A DNA stretch of 64,000 nt from an uncultured bacterium (GTDB lineage Bacteria; Patescibacteriota; Patescibacteriia; Magasanikbacterales; GWA2-37-8): positions 67,275-131,274 of the forward strand of contig CALCZC010000025.1 in the NCBI GenBank assembly GCA_937903605.1. Direction: 5' to 3'. The position numbers and the translations under genes are program-made. This document shows positions 9,102 through 19,418 of the stretch, piece after piece (positions within the stretch are counted from its first letter, which is position 1; the number at the start of each line of letters is the position of its first letter). The notes under the pieces are model-generated. The model worked only from the letters and a program-made list of their open reading frames with translations. It did not search any database and had not been told where the DNA came from.

Positions 9102-9941
9102 ATGAAAGACATAACAATAGTATTTGTAAATTATTTAATGAAAGACGACATTATAAATGCTGTCGATTCTTTGATCAAAGATATTGCTGATTGTCCCTAT
9201 GCCGTTCAAATAACGGTTACAGACAATTCGCAAAACAAAGATAATATCAAAGAATCTTTGGCGGAAAAATTTCCGCAAGTTAAATATATTGATTGTGGAG
9301 GAAATATCGGCTTTGGTGCCGGCAATCAAGTCGGTTTTATAGACACTCCGGCTCGTTATTATTTTGCTATTAATCGTGATACGATAATTCCAGAAAACAG
9401 CAGGACGATAGAACGGTTGGTAAGATTTATGGATGAACATCCTAAAATCGGCTGTATTGGGCCAAAATTACTGAACATGGACGGAACTCTGCAGGATACT
9501 TGTTATCGTTTTGATTTTCGTGCTTTATTGATTAAACCGCTCAAACAAATAAATTTTGATAAAAAATATGCTTGGGTAAAAAAATATACAGATTATCTTC
9601 TGATGAAAGATTTTGATCATAACGAAACCAGACCTGTAGATTGGGTTTTGGGAGCGGCCATGATAGTGCGTCAAGAAGTGGTAAACGAAATTGGTTGGTT
9701 TGATCCTAGATATTTTATGTATTTGGAAGATTGCGACTGGTGTCGCAGGATGTGGGAGTACCACTGGCCGGTTTATTATGTCCATGATATTGTCATATTA
9801 CATCGTCACGAAAGACAATCTGCCAAAGTTCCGGGAATTTTCAAAGCTTTGATAAAAAATAAAACCGCCCGCATCCATCTGGCCAGTTGGTGTAAATACC
9901 TCTGGAAATGGAAAGGTAAATATAAATATTATGCTGAATAA
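9102..9941 (+). CDS. glycosyltransferase family 2
   Basis: GT-A fold motifs (…VTDNSQN…, ED motif YLEDCDW). Confidence 0.7.
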   Translation: MKDITIVFVNYLMKDDIINAVDSLIKDIADCPYAVQITVTDNSQNKDNIKESLAEKFPQVKYIDCGGNIGFGAGNQVGFIDTPARYYFAINRDTIIPENSRTIERLVRFMDEHPKIGCIGPKLLNMDGTLQDTCYRFDFRALLIKPLKQINFDKKYAWVKKYTDYLLMKDFDHNETRPVDWVLGAAMIVRQEVVNEIGWFDPRYFMYLEDCDWCRRMWEYHWPVYYVHDIVILHRHERQSAKVPGIFKALIKNKTARIHLASWCKYLWKWKGKYKYYAE

Positions 9942-11031
9942 ATATCCCAAAGTTGCCATTGTATATCTTTCATTTCACAGCGAACCGTATATTGATGATG
10001 TGGTATCCGCTTTGAAAAAAACCACTTATCCCAAAGATAAATTGGAGTTTGTTATAGTAGATAATCCACATCCGCAATATGGGCCGTCTGTCAGATTTTT
10101 GAATGAAACAGTAATGCCTTTGTCGGGTAATGAATTGCCACATGTGACAATTTTACCGCAAACAGAAAATCTTGGTTTTGCTGGCGGTAATAATGCGGGG
10201 ATAAATTGGGCATTGGAACAAAACTTTGATTATGTATACTTTCACAATAACGATGGCTTTGTAGCTACTGATTTTTTGGAACCCTTGATTGAAACTATGG
10301 AACAGGATAAAAAAATCGGCATTACCCAATCACTTGTTATGTTGCATCCGGAAACAGAATTGATAAATACTTCCGGCAACACTTTCCAATATCTCGGGAT
10401 AGGCTTTTGTAATGATTTTCGTAAAAAGAGAACGAATATTGATTTAACAAAAAACAAGGAAATTAATTATGCTAGCGGTGCGGCGATGTTGATGAGGGTA
10501 GATTTGTTGAAACAGTTTGGAGTTTGGGATAAAGATTTCTTTTTGTATCATGAAGACGTAGAATACTCTTTTCGTTTGAAAATCGCCGGCTATAAAGTCG
10601 TGGTAGTTCCCAATTCCATCTTCTATCATAAATATTCTTTTTCTCGCAATAAAGAAAAATTTTATTATATTGAACGTAATCGTTACGGAGTGATGTTGAT
10701 GTTTTTTAAATGGCCAACACTTTTGTTGATGTTGCCGATGGGAATCATTTTAGATATTGGTCTACTCTTGTTTGCTTTCAAAAATGGTTGGATAAAAGAA
10801 AAGATGAATGCTTATAAATACTGGCTATCATGGAAAAATTGGCGCTTATGGTTAAAAAAACGCAGTTATGTGCAAAGCATTCGCCAGATCAAAGATAGAG
10901 AATTAATAAAAGACTTAGCGGGCAAAGTTGAATTTGAAGATAAAAGTATCAATAATCCTCTTTTGAAATACATAGGCAATCCGCTGATGAATATCTATTG
11001 GCAAGTAATCAAAAGAATAATTTTTTGGTAA
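9931..11031 (+). CDS. glycosyltransferase family 2 (rhamnosyltransferase-like) with C-terminal TM helices
   Basis: VAIVYLSFHS…VDNPHP, a DxD-like HNNDG, and a hydrophobic C-terminus. Confidence 0.7.
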   Translation: MLNKYPKVAIVYLSFHSEPYIDDVVSALKKTTYPKDKLEFVIVDNPHPQYGPSVRFLNETVMPLSGNELPHVTILPQTENLGFAGGNNAGINWALEQNFDYVYFHNNDGFVATDFLEPLIETMEQDKKIGITQSLVMLHPETELINTSGNTFQYLGIGFCNDFRKKRTNIDLTKNKEINYASGAAMLMRVDLLKQFGVWDKDFFLYHEDVEYSFRLKIAGYKVVVVPNSIFYHKYSFSRNKEKFYYIERNRYGVMLMFFKWPTLLLMLPMGIILDIGLLLFAFKNGWIKEKMNAYKYWLSWKNWRLWLKKRSYVQSIRQIKDRELIKDLAGKVEFEDKSINNPLLKYIGNPLMNIYWQVIKRIIFW

Positions 11032-11033
11032 TT

Positions 11034-12128
11034 ATGTCTTTGAAAAAGATTAGAAAAGCTATTTTGACCGGCGGGGGAAGAGCAACCAGACTGCGTCCTA
11101 TAACTTCCACTATTAATAAACATTTGATACCGCTGGCCAATAAACCCATGATTTTTCATGCTATCCAAAAAGTCGTGGATGCTGGCGTGGAAGAAATTTT
11201 TATTAATCTTAATCCCGGAGACACGGAACTTTCTAAATATATTGGTGATGGGGGACATTGGGGAATAAAAATAACTTATTTTGAACAAGAGGGCGGTCCG
11301 CAAGGTGTGGCTCACGTAGTCAAACAAGCGCAAAAGTTTATCGGTAACGATCCATTTATTTTCTTTTTATCCGATAATGTAGTGCTTGGCGATATCAAAC
11401 CGATGGTAGCGGAATTTATGGACAATAAATATGATTGTATGTTGGCCTTATCGGAAGTTCCCAATGCCAAATCTTTTGGCGTGCCGGTTTTTGATGAAAA
11501 CAAAAAATTGATTGATGTTTGGGAAAAGCCGGAAAATCCGCCAAACAATTTTGCAGTGACCGGTATTTATATTTATGGTCCGGATGTTTTTTTCAAAGCA
11601 TTTGATAACATAGAAAAAAGCGCTCGCGGTGAATATGAAATCAGCAGTATCCATTCTCATTTTTTGAAAAATAATTATAAAGTCGGTTACAAAGAAATAA
11701 CCGGTTGGTGGAAAGATACCGGACAAGCTCACGATCTTATTTTGGCCAACAAGTTATTGCTCGATGAATTGAAAGATGAAGAGTTTACCATTCAAGGAAA
11801 AGTGGAAGAGGGTGCAACGCTTACGGAAAAAGTGCATATTGGTGCCGGAACGATTGTCAGAAATGATGTAAAAATAAAAGGCCCTTCTACTATCGGTGAA
11901 AATTGTGTTTTGGAAAATTGTGTTATCGGACCTTATGCGACTATCGGAGGAGGTTGTATGATAAAAAATGCGGAAGTTAACAATTCTATTATTTTAAAAA
12001 ATTGTACTATTGATTGTCCGCTAAAATTCACAGAGAGTATTGTGGGTGAAAAAGCGGAAATAGTGAAAAAAAGAACGGATGAATGCCGAAGGATAATTAT
12101 CGGTGAACAGACGGTGATTGAGGTATAA
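11034..12128 (+). CDS. sugar-phosphate nucleotidyltransferase (RmlA/glucose-1-phosphate thymidylyltransferase-like) with C-terminal left-handed β-helix
   Basis: KAILTGGGRATRLRPITSTINKHL (G-x-G-x-R motif) and C-terminal hexapeptide repeats. Start placed at ATG 11034 rather than the overlapping 10998. Confidence 0.75.
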   Translation: MSLKKIRKAILTGGGRATRLRPITSTINKHLIPLANKPMIFHAIQKVVDAGVEEIFINLNPGDTELSKYIGDGGHWGIKITYFEQEGGPQGVAHVVKQAQKFIGNDPFIFFLSDNVVLGDIKPMVAEFMDNKYDCMLALSEVPNAKSFGVPVFDENKKLIDVWEKPENPPNNFAVTGIYIYGPDVFFKAFDNIEKSARGEYEISSIHSHFLKNNYKVGYKEITGWWKDTGQAHDLILANKLLLDELKDEEFTIQGKVEEGATLTEKVHIGAGTIVRNDVKIKGPSTIGENCVLENCVIGPYATIGGGCMIKNAEVNNSIILKNCTIDCPLKFTESIVGEKAEIVKKRTDECRRIIIGEQTVIEV

Positions 12129-12165
12129 AATAAATATTAGATATTGGATATTGAATATTAAATAT

Positions 12166-12196
12166 TAAAAACTCTGAACTTAGTTCAGAGTTTTTT
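12166..12196. terminator. bidirectional rho-independent terminator between convergent genes
   Basis: AAAAACTCTGAAC-TTAG-TTCAGAGTTTTTT, a perfect palindrome flanked by A- and T-runs. Confidence 0.7.
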
Positions 12197-12226
12197 GTAG
12201 TCCATAGTTTGTAGACTGAAGTCCAA

Positions 12227-12823
12227 TTACGTTCTGTTTTTCAACGCGCTGATGAGAGTGATTTCATCCGCATACTGTAAATCTGATCCTAGCGGGAGTC
12301 CGCGAGCCAAACGAGTAACTTTCAAATCAGGATTGATTTGCAACAATTCTTTTTTGATATACATCATCGTTGTTTCTCCGGAAAGGTCAGGGGACAGAGC
12401 CAAAATAACTTCTTTTATTTCTTTTTTACTTATTCTTTTTTTCAATTCTTCAATTTTAATTTTAGCGATTTCTGTTTCATCATCATCGGGACTTAGTGTT
12501 CCGCGTAAAACATGGTAAAGTCCACCATACTCATGGGTATTTTCAATAGCTACCAAATCTTGCGGATCAGCTACGACACAGACAACTTCTCTGTTTCTTT
12601 TTGAATCGCTACAAATATGGCAAGGGGAGTTATCATCAAAATTCCAGCACACCTCGCAACTTTTGGTGTTTTGTAACAAGATATCCAAGGCATCGCGCAA
12701 TTCATTGACTTCCTTTTTGCCGGATTTGAGCCAATAAAAAACAAAACGCTCGGCCGTGCGTTGCCCGACCGAGGGTAATTTTTTGAGAGCTTCAATAAGT
12801 TTGTTTATTGAAGAAGAATACAT
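12227..12823 (-). CDS. recR: recombination protein RecR
   Basis: HhH region, a C4 zinc finger (CxxC…CxxC) and a Toprim domain. 198 aa. Confidence 0.9.
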   Translation of the reverse strand: MYSSSINKLIEALKKLPSVGQRTAERFVFYWLKSGKKEVNELRDALDILLQNTKSCEVCWNFDDNSPCHICSDSKRNREVVCVVADPQDLVAIENTHEYGGLYHVLRGTLSPDDDETEIAKIKIEELKKRISKKEIKEVILALSPDLSGETTMMYIKKELLQINPDLKVTRLARGLPLGSDLQYADEITLISALKNRT

Positions 12824-12827
12824 AAAA

Positions 12828-13142
12828 TTATTGATTTCCGCCTCCTAGACCAGGTAAACTGAAGCCGCTTTCTTGCATTTTGCCGGCGATAATTTTTTGG
12901 ATTTTTTTGAGCACATCCGTATGAACATCTTTGATGGCGCTTTCCAATTTTTCTTTTTTATCTGGAGCCATCATATCCGGAGCGATTTTGACTTCCGTAA
13001 TTTGCATATTGCCGTTCATGGTAATACTGACGGTAGAACCGAAATTACTAGCCGTGGCGCTTTCACCGCTTAGACTTTCTTGAAGTTTTTTTCCTTGATC
13101 ACGAAGATCTTTGAACTGTTTTAATTTGGAGAACATGGACAT
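12828..13142 (-). CDS. ybaB: YbaB/EbfC nucleoid-associated DNA-binding protein
   Basis: 104 aa. It sits immediately upstream of recR, the conserved ybaB–recR gene order. Confidence 0.85.
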   Translation of the reverse strand: MSMFSKLKQFKDLRDQGKKLQESLSGESATASNFGSTVSITMNGNMQITEVKIAPDMMAPDKKEKLESAIKDVHTDVLKKIQKIIAGKMQESGFSLPGLGGGNQ

Positions 13143-13244
13143 AAGTTTGTATTTAAGATTTAAAGATTGAAATATTTAAAGATTTACCCCAGTGAAATGG
13201 CGCTTCGCGCCAATTTTTATTAAAATAAAAATTATTTCACGGGG

Positions 13245-14723
13245 TTAAAACTGTGGGGCGGGTGGTTCGGCGGAAATAGGTTTATTTACAAAATCACTTT
13301 TTGGTCGCAAACCGGATGAAAATTTATTTTCGGTTTTATTTTCACTGGTAACTCTGGTTTCCAGGTTGCGGAAAGAAGTGCAGTTGGCATTAAAGAGTAG
13401 TTTGACCGTACCGACAGGACCGTTTCTGTGTTTGGCAACGATTATCTCTGCTAAATATTTTTCATCCGGCGGAATTTCTTCCGGACGATAGTTCTTATCG
13501 GCTGATTTACGATAGATGAACATTACCACATCGGCGTCTTGTTCGATAGAACCGGATTCGCGCAAATGAGAAAGTTTCGGGATAGCCGGTTTGCTTTGTT
13601 CAACAACACGAGAGAGCTGAGAAAGAGCGATAACCGGGATATTTAGTTCACGAGCGATACTTTTGAGACCGCGAGTAATTTCGGAAACTTCTTGAACACG
13701 ATTTTCAAAACTACCGCGTGATTCCATCAACTGCAAATAATCGATAACGATCATACCCAAACCGTGTTCAGCTTGCAGTCTTCTGGCTTTGGTGCGTAAT
13801 TGCAAAATATTGTTGTTGGGGGAGTCGTCAATAAAAATCGGAGCTTCCGATAATGTACCGATAGCATGTCCGATACGAGGAAAATCATCATCTTCCGGTC
13901 TGTCGGACAGTTTGCCGTTACGTAATCGCCACAAATCAATATTGGCCTCGGCGCAGATCATACGATCAACGAGTTGTTCCTTACTCATTTCGAGCGAAAA
14001 CATCCCGACCGGAACTTTGAGTTTACCTCCGACGTGACGAACAATATCCATAGCAAAAGACGTTTTACCCACAGATGGACGAGCGGCGATAATTATCAGA
14101 TCTGATTTTTGTAAACCGGCCAACAGTTCATCCATTTCTTTGAATCCGGTTGATAGTCCGCGCAGTTGCCCTTTATTTTTATGCAACTCATCAATACGAT
14201 CAAAAGCGGTGTCCAAGACGCCGCGGATAGGAGTAAAATTTTGTTTGAAATAATTTCCAGAAACTCCGAACAAACTGCGTTGCGCCTCGTCTAATATTTG
14301 TTCCAAATCATCTCTTTCTTCATAACCTAGTCGCGCGATATCCGATGATGATTGGATAAGACGGCGACGGACAGCTTTACGATGAACGATCTGGGCATAA
14401 TGCAGTACATTGGCCGCGGTAGGCACGACATTGCAAAGAGTGGCTAAATACGGTTTTCCACCGACTTCTTCCAATTGATTTTTTTCATTCAAACGGTTAT
14501 CAATAGTCAATAAATCTATAGATTCGTTTTTGGCATAGAGTTCTTGCATGGCTTCATAAATCTTGCCGTGAGAACTTTTATAAAAATCACTTACCTCCAC
14601 AAGATCGGCAATTTTAATCATAGCATCTTTGTCTATAAGTAAAGAGCCGATTAATGACATTTCCGCCTCTACGCTGTGTGGCGGAATTTTATCTATGGAG
14701 TCAAAATTACCCGGAATAGTCAT
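13245..14723 (-). CDS. dnaB: replicative DNA helicase DnaB
   Basis: Walker A ARPSVGKTSFAMD, Walker B, an N-terminal helical domain, and an RecA-like core. Confidence 0.9.
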   Translation of the reverse strand: MTIPGNFDSIDKIPPHSVEAEMSLIGSLLIDKDAMIKIADLVEVSDFYKSSHGKIYEAMQELYAKNESIDLLTIDNRLNEKNQLEEVGGKPYLATLCNVVPTAANVLHYAQIVHRKAVRRRLIQSSSDIARLGYEERDDLEQILDEAQRSLFGVSGNYFKQNFTPIRGVLDTAFDRIDELHKNKGQLRGLSTGFKEMDELLAGLQKSDLIIIAARPSVGKTSFAMDIVRHVGGKLKVPVGMFSLEMSKEQLVDRMICAEANIDLWRLRNGKLSDRPEDDDFPRIGHAIGTLSEAPIFIDDSPNNNILQLRTKARRLQAEHGLGMIVIDYLQLMESRGSFENRVQEVSEITRGLKSIARELNIPVIALSQLSRVVEQSKPAIPKLSHLRESGSIEQDADVVMFIYRKSADKNYRPEEIPPDEKYLAEIIVAKHRNGPVGTVKLLFNANCTSFRNLETRVTSENKTENKFSSGLRPKSDFVNKPISAEPPAPQF

Positions 14724-14843
14724 ATTGTTTTTTAGTTATTTTATCTTAACTAAAAAGATTGAAATTGGCAAGCGGGGAGGGGTGCGTTTTGCGGATAACC
14801 TGTTGATGAAATGTGATTAAAAAACCGCCCCCTAAGGAGCGGT

Positions 14844-15602
14844 TCAAGAACGAGCGTTTAATTTACTAATAAGCGACCGGTAGGCAAACGGTGCGCTCAA
14901 AATGATAAAAAAAGAACCAAGTAAGGAAAAATTGCTTTCCGGGTTGGGATAAGCCAGGATAAAAGCGCCCAAACCGCACATTTCCAGTAAAAATTTGATT
15001 TTTCCGGACATGCCGGCTTTTATCAAACACTTACTATCGTTGTTAGCGGAAAATTTTTTATAATCTTGCCAACGAACAATAGCGAGCCAAATTTCTACTG
15101 GCACAATCAAGGTCAAACTACTGAAAGCGAGTGCTGGATAAAATATTCCCGTGTTTGTAAAATCCATCAGGAAAATCAAAGGAACAATCAAACAAACAAA
15201 GAAAACCTTATCCATGAGCGCGTCAATGGCTGCGCCGAATTCGGTCAGCATTTTTCTGCTTCTGGCCAAAAGTCCGTCCACTGAATCAAGATAAGCGGCA
15301 AAAACAAACAGGACAAAGGCTGGAATCTGGAAATCAAGCAACAGCAGGATAAGTACGGGTAGAAACAAAAAAGCGCGAAAAACAGAAATGCCGTTGGGCG
15401 TGACCCAAGGGGGAAAGATTTTTCCAACGATTTTTTCCATTACGAAATTGTATCGCTGGTAAAAAGCCTTGAAAGATTTTTCAAAGAACTCAAAGGTTGC
15501 AAAGACCACTACCAGCAAGAAATCCCAAAGTCTTTTGTACAACAGGTACGGATCATAATCCACTACCGGCTGGAAAAGCATAAGGCAGTTAGTCTGACGC
15601 AT
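14844..15602 (-). CDS. CDP-alcohol phosphatidyltransferase family protein
   Basis: D-x2-DG-x2-AR motif (DSVDGLLAR). Multi-pass membrane protein. Confidence 0.75.
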   Translation of the reverse strand: MRQTNCLMLFQPVVDYDPYLLYKRLWDFLLVVVFATFEFFEKSFKAFYQRYNFVMEKIVGKIFPPWVTPNGISVFRAFLFLPVLILLLLDFQIPAFVLFVFAAYLDSVDGLLARSRKMLTEFGAAIDALMDKVFFVCLIVPLIFLMDFTNTGIFYPALAFSSLTLIVPVEIWLAIVRWQDYKKFSANNDSKCLIKAGMSGKIKFLLEMCGLGAFILAYPNPESNFSLLGSFFIILSAPFAYRSLISKLNARS

Positions 15603-15685
15603 TTTGTACCTCCTTTTAGTTTATTTTCACAAAAACACTACAATACTTTGCTTTTTTTGTCAACTTTGTTATAATTCAAATAATA

Positions 15686-17784
15686 TGTTAAAGGTAGTAA
15701 AAAATTTGCTTGTTATAGCTATTTTTTCTCTGTTTTCGGGGTTTATTTTTACATATCAGCCAGGCTGGTTTTTTGGGCTGATTTTTTTATTATTTTTTGT
15801 TTTTTATTATGCCAAAGATGGATATCTACTGCTTGAACGCGTGTTTGATTTTCCACAAAATTCTTTTTTAAGTCGTTTTTTTGGCATGCTCACAGTTTTT
15901 TGGTTATTGGTTATAGTCGGCGGTTTTCTGATTTTAATCAAAATACCGATTTTTTATTTGAGCATTTTGGTTTTACCGGTGACAGCCGGGTTTTTGGAAA
16001 TTTTATTGAGTTTATCGCGATGGCGAAAAAAAAGAGAAAATGAAACAGAAGTTTTTGCGCAAAAACAAGAAACAGTCTTGCCTAGCTCTACTTCTTTTTT
16101 AGCTGCGGTTTTACTGTTGATGGCCGGGGCTTTTTATGTTTTGGTGCGTCATCAAACTGGAGATGAAATTTTGACTCCCTGGTCGGTTTTGCCGGATTAT
16201 TATCCTTATTTGTATTTATTGATTTATCTAGGTTTGGGATTGCTTATTTTTACCAACAATCATGCCAAGACTTTACTGATTTTGTTTTTCGTTTTTTCTC
16301 TGTTATGTCATTTTGATTTGAGTTTAACACACCAACTGGTTTATGGCGCGGATTATTGGCGACATTTGGGTACGCAAAATCAGATTTTACAAGGTGGGGG
16401 AGTCGTGGTGCAAAATTTTGCGGAAAATCCGAGTTTGATTGAAAAAATAAACTTCGGACTTTATTCTTATCTCGGGTTTTGGGGATTAAACGTTATTTTG
16501 AATTTATTTACCGGGTTTGATTTTTTGACTTTGGGGAAATTTGTCGGCCCAATACTTTGGTCTTTGTTTGTGCCGGTTTTGTTTTACGCGCTGGGGCGGG
16601 TTTTGAGTTTGTCCAAACGTTTATCGCTATTTTTGGTTTGGTTGTCTTTTATCCCGAGCGCCTTGCTTATCAGCGGTTCGTTTTCACTGCCTGCTACTTT
16701 GCATTTTATTTTCTGGCTTTTTTCGTTGACACTTTTGTTAAAAGCAAATTTAAAAGAAAACAGAAGCCAATTTTGGGGACTGCTTTTTGTCGGTCTGCTA
16801 CTTCTAAGCGGTTATCTGCTTTATGCCATAATTTTCTTTTTGGCTTTGGGGTTGAAATTATTAAACACATTGGACATCAAAAATCGCCTGGCTGATATCG
16901 TAATTTGGTTTTCAGCCGGCATTGGCGGAATTTTATTTTTGCCGCTATTGGAAATCCTATCCGGATATTCGCAATTATCTTTCAAAAGCGATATTTTTTC
17001 CGCCATCAAACAGTTTGTCGGCAATCTGACCGGATATTATTTTGTTTTTGGTCCGCGACCGCATACCATCGCAACCGGAAATATTCTTTTCAACCAAACT
17101 CCTGATTATGCTTTTGTCAGTAATGGTTTGACTGCCTGGTCGGGTTGGATGTTGTTTGTTGCGATTATATTTATTGGTTTGGCGATTTACGGATTATATA
17201 AATTTTTTGTAGAAGAAAAAGAAAAACGTTGGTTGGGGATTTTATTTATCGGATTATTTGGCGGGTATTTTATTTCTCGATATTTACTCAATGGTGAAAA
17301 TATTTTGGCTCGTCGACTAGATACTGTCCTCTCTACAGGCTTGATAATATTTTTTGTTTACGGAATTTCTTATTTACAACAATATTTTTCTCACCGAAGC
17401 GTCACTGTGTTTACGGTTATTATCTTGGCGATTTTTGGTTCTGCGATTTATACACTCGGACCGGTCAGTAAAGCGGTCTCATTTCAAGAATATTTGGATT
17501 ACACAGATATTGCTTTTCAGCTCAAAGATGAAAACAAATATTGCGTCATCGCTGATCCATATAATCTTACCGTGCTTGAAGGGGTTTCTACCAAGCAGAT
17601 AGTCGGTGGAGGTTTTCCAATAAAGGGAGATTTTTCGCAAATAGAATTGCAAACAGTACTCAAAGATTTGGAAGAGGGAAGAGATAAAAATCAGATTATT
17701 GCAGAAGCGAAACAAATCACCGGCGCGAAGAATTGTTTTGTGGTCGAAAAAAACGAGAGTGGTGTTAAAATGATAAAATTTTGA
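15686..17784 (+). CDS. large polytopic membrane protein (possible GT-C-like glycosyltransferase), hypothetical
   Basis: More than 12 TM helices plus a C-terminal soluble domain. Start placed at ATG 15686, because 15604 overlaps the divergent gene. Confidence 0.45.
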
Positions 17785-17861
17785 GATATTGAATATTAAA
17801 TATTGAATATTATTTTTATTTACGACTAATATCCAGTATTCAATATTCAGTATTTATTTTT

Positions 17862-18101
17862 ATGTCTTTTTTTGTCTACATTCTAAAGTGTTCCGACAAA
17901 ACTCTCTACACCGGTATTACCACCGACCTGAAACGCCGTATTGACGAACATAATTTTTCTGATTTGGGCGCCAAATACACCCGCGCGCGCCGTCCAGTCA
18001 AACTTGTTTGGTCAAAAAAGTTCAAAACCAGATCTTCCGCCGCGCGGATGGAGTATAAAATCAAACAGTTAAGCAGAGAAGAAAAATTAAAATTACTCTA
18101 G
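17862..18101 (+). CDS. GIY-YIG nuclease family protein (UPF0213-type)
   Basis: FVYILKCSDKTLYTGITTDLKRRIDEHN matches the GIY-YIG core. Confidence 0.8.
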   Translation: MSFFVYILKCSDKTLYTGITTDLKRRIDEHNFSDLGAKYTRARRPVKLVWSKKFKTRSSAARMEYKIKQLSREEKLKLL

Positions 18102-18102
18102 A

Positions 18103-18152
18103 TTGTCATCCTTGCACCCGTCAAGCGGGTATAAACTACAGCAGGGATCCAG
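18103..18152. repeat. family-1 palindromic repeat unit (GTCATCC…GGGATCCAG)
   Basis: ttgtcatccttgcacccgtcaagcgggtataaactacagcagggatccag. Near-identical inner part to the copy at 20743. Confidence 0.7.
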
Positions 18153-18364
18153 GAAATAATTATAAAAAAGCTCGCCTGAAAATGGCGAGTTTTTGTTCCC
18201 CTCTCTTTTTTAAGAGAGAGCTTGTCCGTCCGTAGTCCGGCGTAGTCTTAACGGAGCCTGGACGAAGGCGGAGGTTAGGGGAGAGTCTCTAAAAAATTTG
18301 TATTGAAGAAAATGTAAAAAAAGAGTAAAATATATTTGTTTTATATTAAAACATTATTAAATAT

Positions 18365-19204
18365 ATGGAGGAAAAAAATAAATTAGTGGTTTTGTTTGAA
18401 GATAATCCAGTACGTCGTTTATGGGATGAAAAAGAGGAGAAGTGGTATTTCAGCGTAGTGGATATTATTCAAATTTTAACTGGTAGTGTAGATGCGCGCG
18501 ATTATTGGTTTAAGATGAAAAAACGTGTTAAAAGTGACGATGGAATTGAGTTGTCGACAATTTGTCGTCAACTGAAATTAACAGCCAAAGATGGTAAAAA
18601 ATACTTGACAGATACGGCCAATATTGAAGGATTATTTCGTATTATTCAATCTGTCCCATCACCCAAAGCCGAACCAATAAAGCTTTGGCTAGCGCGTGTT
18701 GGTTATGAGCGCATGCAAGAAACTGTTGATCCGGAAAAATCTATCAATCGCGGTAGAAAAAATTGGCAAAGAATGGGGCGAAGTCAAAAATGGATTCAAC
18801 AAAGAATGATGGGGCAAGAAATAAGAAATAAATTGACGGATTATTGGAAAGATAATGAAGTAAAAGAAAAAGATGAATATGCGATTTTGACAAATATTAT
18901 TCATCAAGAATGGAGTGATTTGACGGTTAAAGAACACAAAAATTTAAAAGGTTTGAAAGTTCAAAATTTACGTGATCATATGACAGATGCGGAATTGGTT
19001 TTTACCGCATTGGCAGAATTATCCACGCGACAAATAGCTGAAACGATGCGAACCAAAGGTTTGGAAGAAAATAAAATTCCGGCACAAAAAGGCGGACGAA
19101 TTGCCAAAAATGCGCGATTGGAATTGGAAGAAAAAACGGGGAAAAAAGTGGTGACAAAAAACAATTTTCTCAAAAACATAGAAAACAGAAAAAGAATAAA
19201 ATAA
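18365..19204 (+). CDS. DinD / Bro-N-like DNA-damage-inducible family protein
   Basis: The N-terminal …RRLWDEKEEKWYFSVVDIIQILTGSVDARDYW… and C-terminal …GGRIAKNARLELEEKTGKKVV resemble E. coli DinD. Confidence 0.55.
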   Translation: MEEKNKLVVLFEDNPVRRLWDEKEEKWYFSVVDIIQILTGSVDARDYWFKMKKRVKSDDGIELSTICRQLKLTAKDGKKYLTDTANIEGLFRIIQSVPSPKAEPIKLWLARVGYERMQETVDPEKSINRGRKNWQRMGRSQKWIQQRMMGQEIRNKLTDYWKDNEVKEKDEYAILTNIIHQEWSDLTVKEHKNLKGLKVQNLRDHMTDAELVFTALAELSTRQIAETMRTKGLEENKIPAQKGGRIAKNARLELEEKTGKKVVTKNNFLKNIENRKRIK

Positions 19205-19223
19205 AAAAACCAAACAATAATTT

Positions 19224-19258
19224 CAACACTTCAGCCTATAGGTTGAAGTGTTTTTATT
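19224..19258 (+). terminator. family-2 conserved hairpin terminator (AACACTTCAGCC-TATA-GGTTGAAGTGTT + T-run)
   Basis: Palindrome followed by TTTTTATTTT. One of six near-identical copies. Confidence 0.7.
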
Positions 19259-19418
19259 TTCTTTGTTTTAGCAAAAATAAGTTGATTTATTTATTAGTAT
19301 AAATTTTAGTATTGCATTCGTATTATTAGTAAAATTAGTATATTGGTATCAATCAAAAAATTCAGTTGAATTTTTTAGGGAAAGAGAGTAAAATAAAGGC
19401 ATTAGTTGTTATAAAATT

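Noticed and set aside
10998-11033. Upstream extension of the RmlA-like gene (ORF-track start 10998, MASNQKNNF…)
   Set aside because: It would overlap 34 nt of the preceding GT2 gene. The ATG at 11034 starts at the conserved MSLKKIRKAILTGGG N-terminus.
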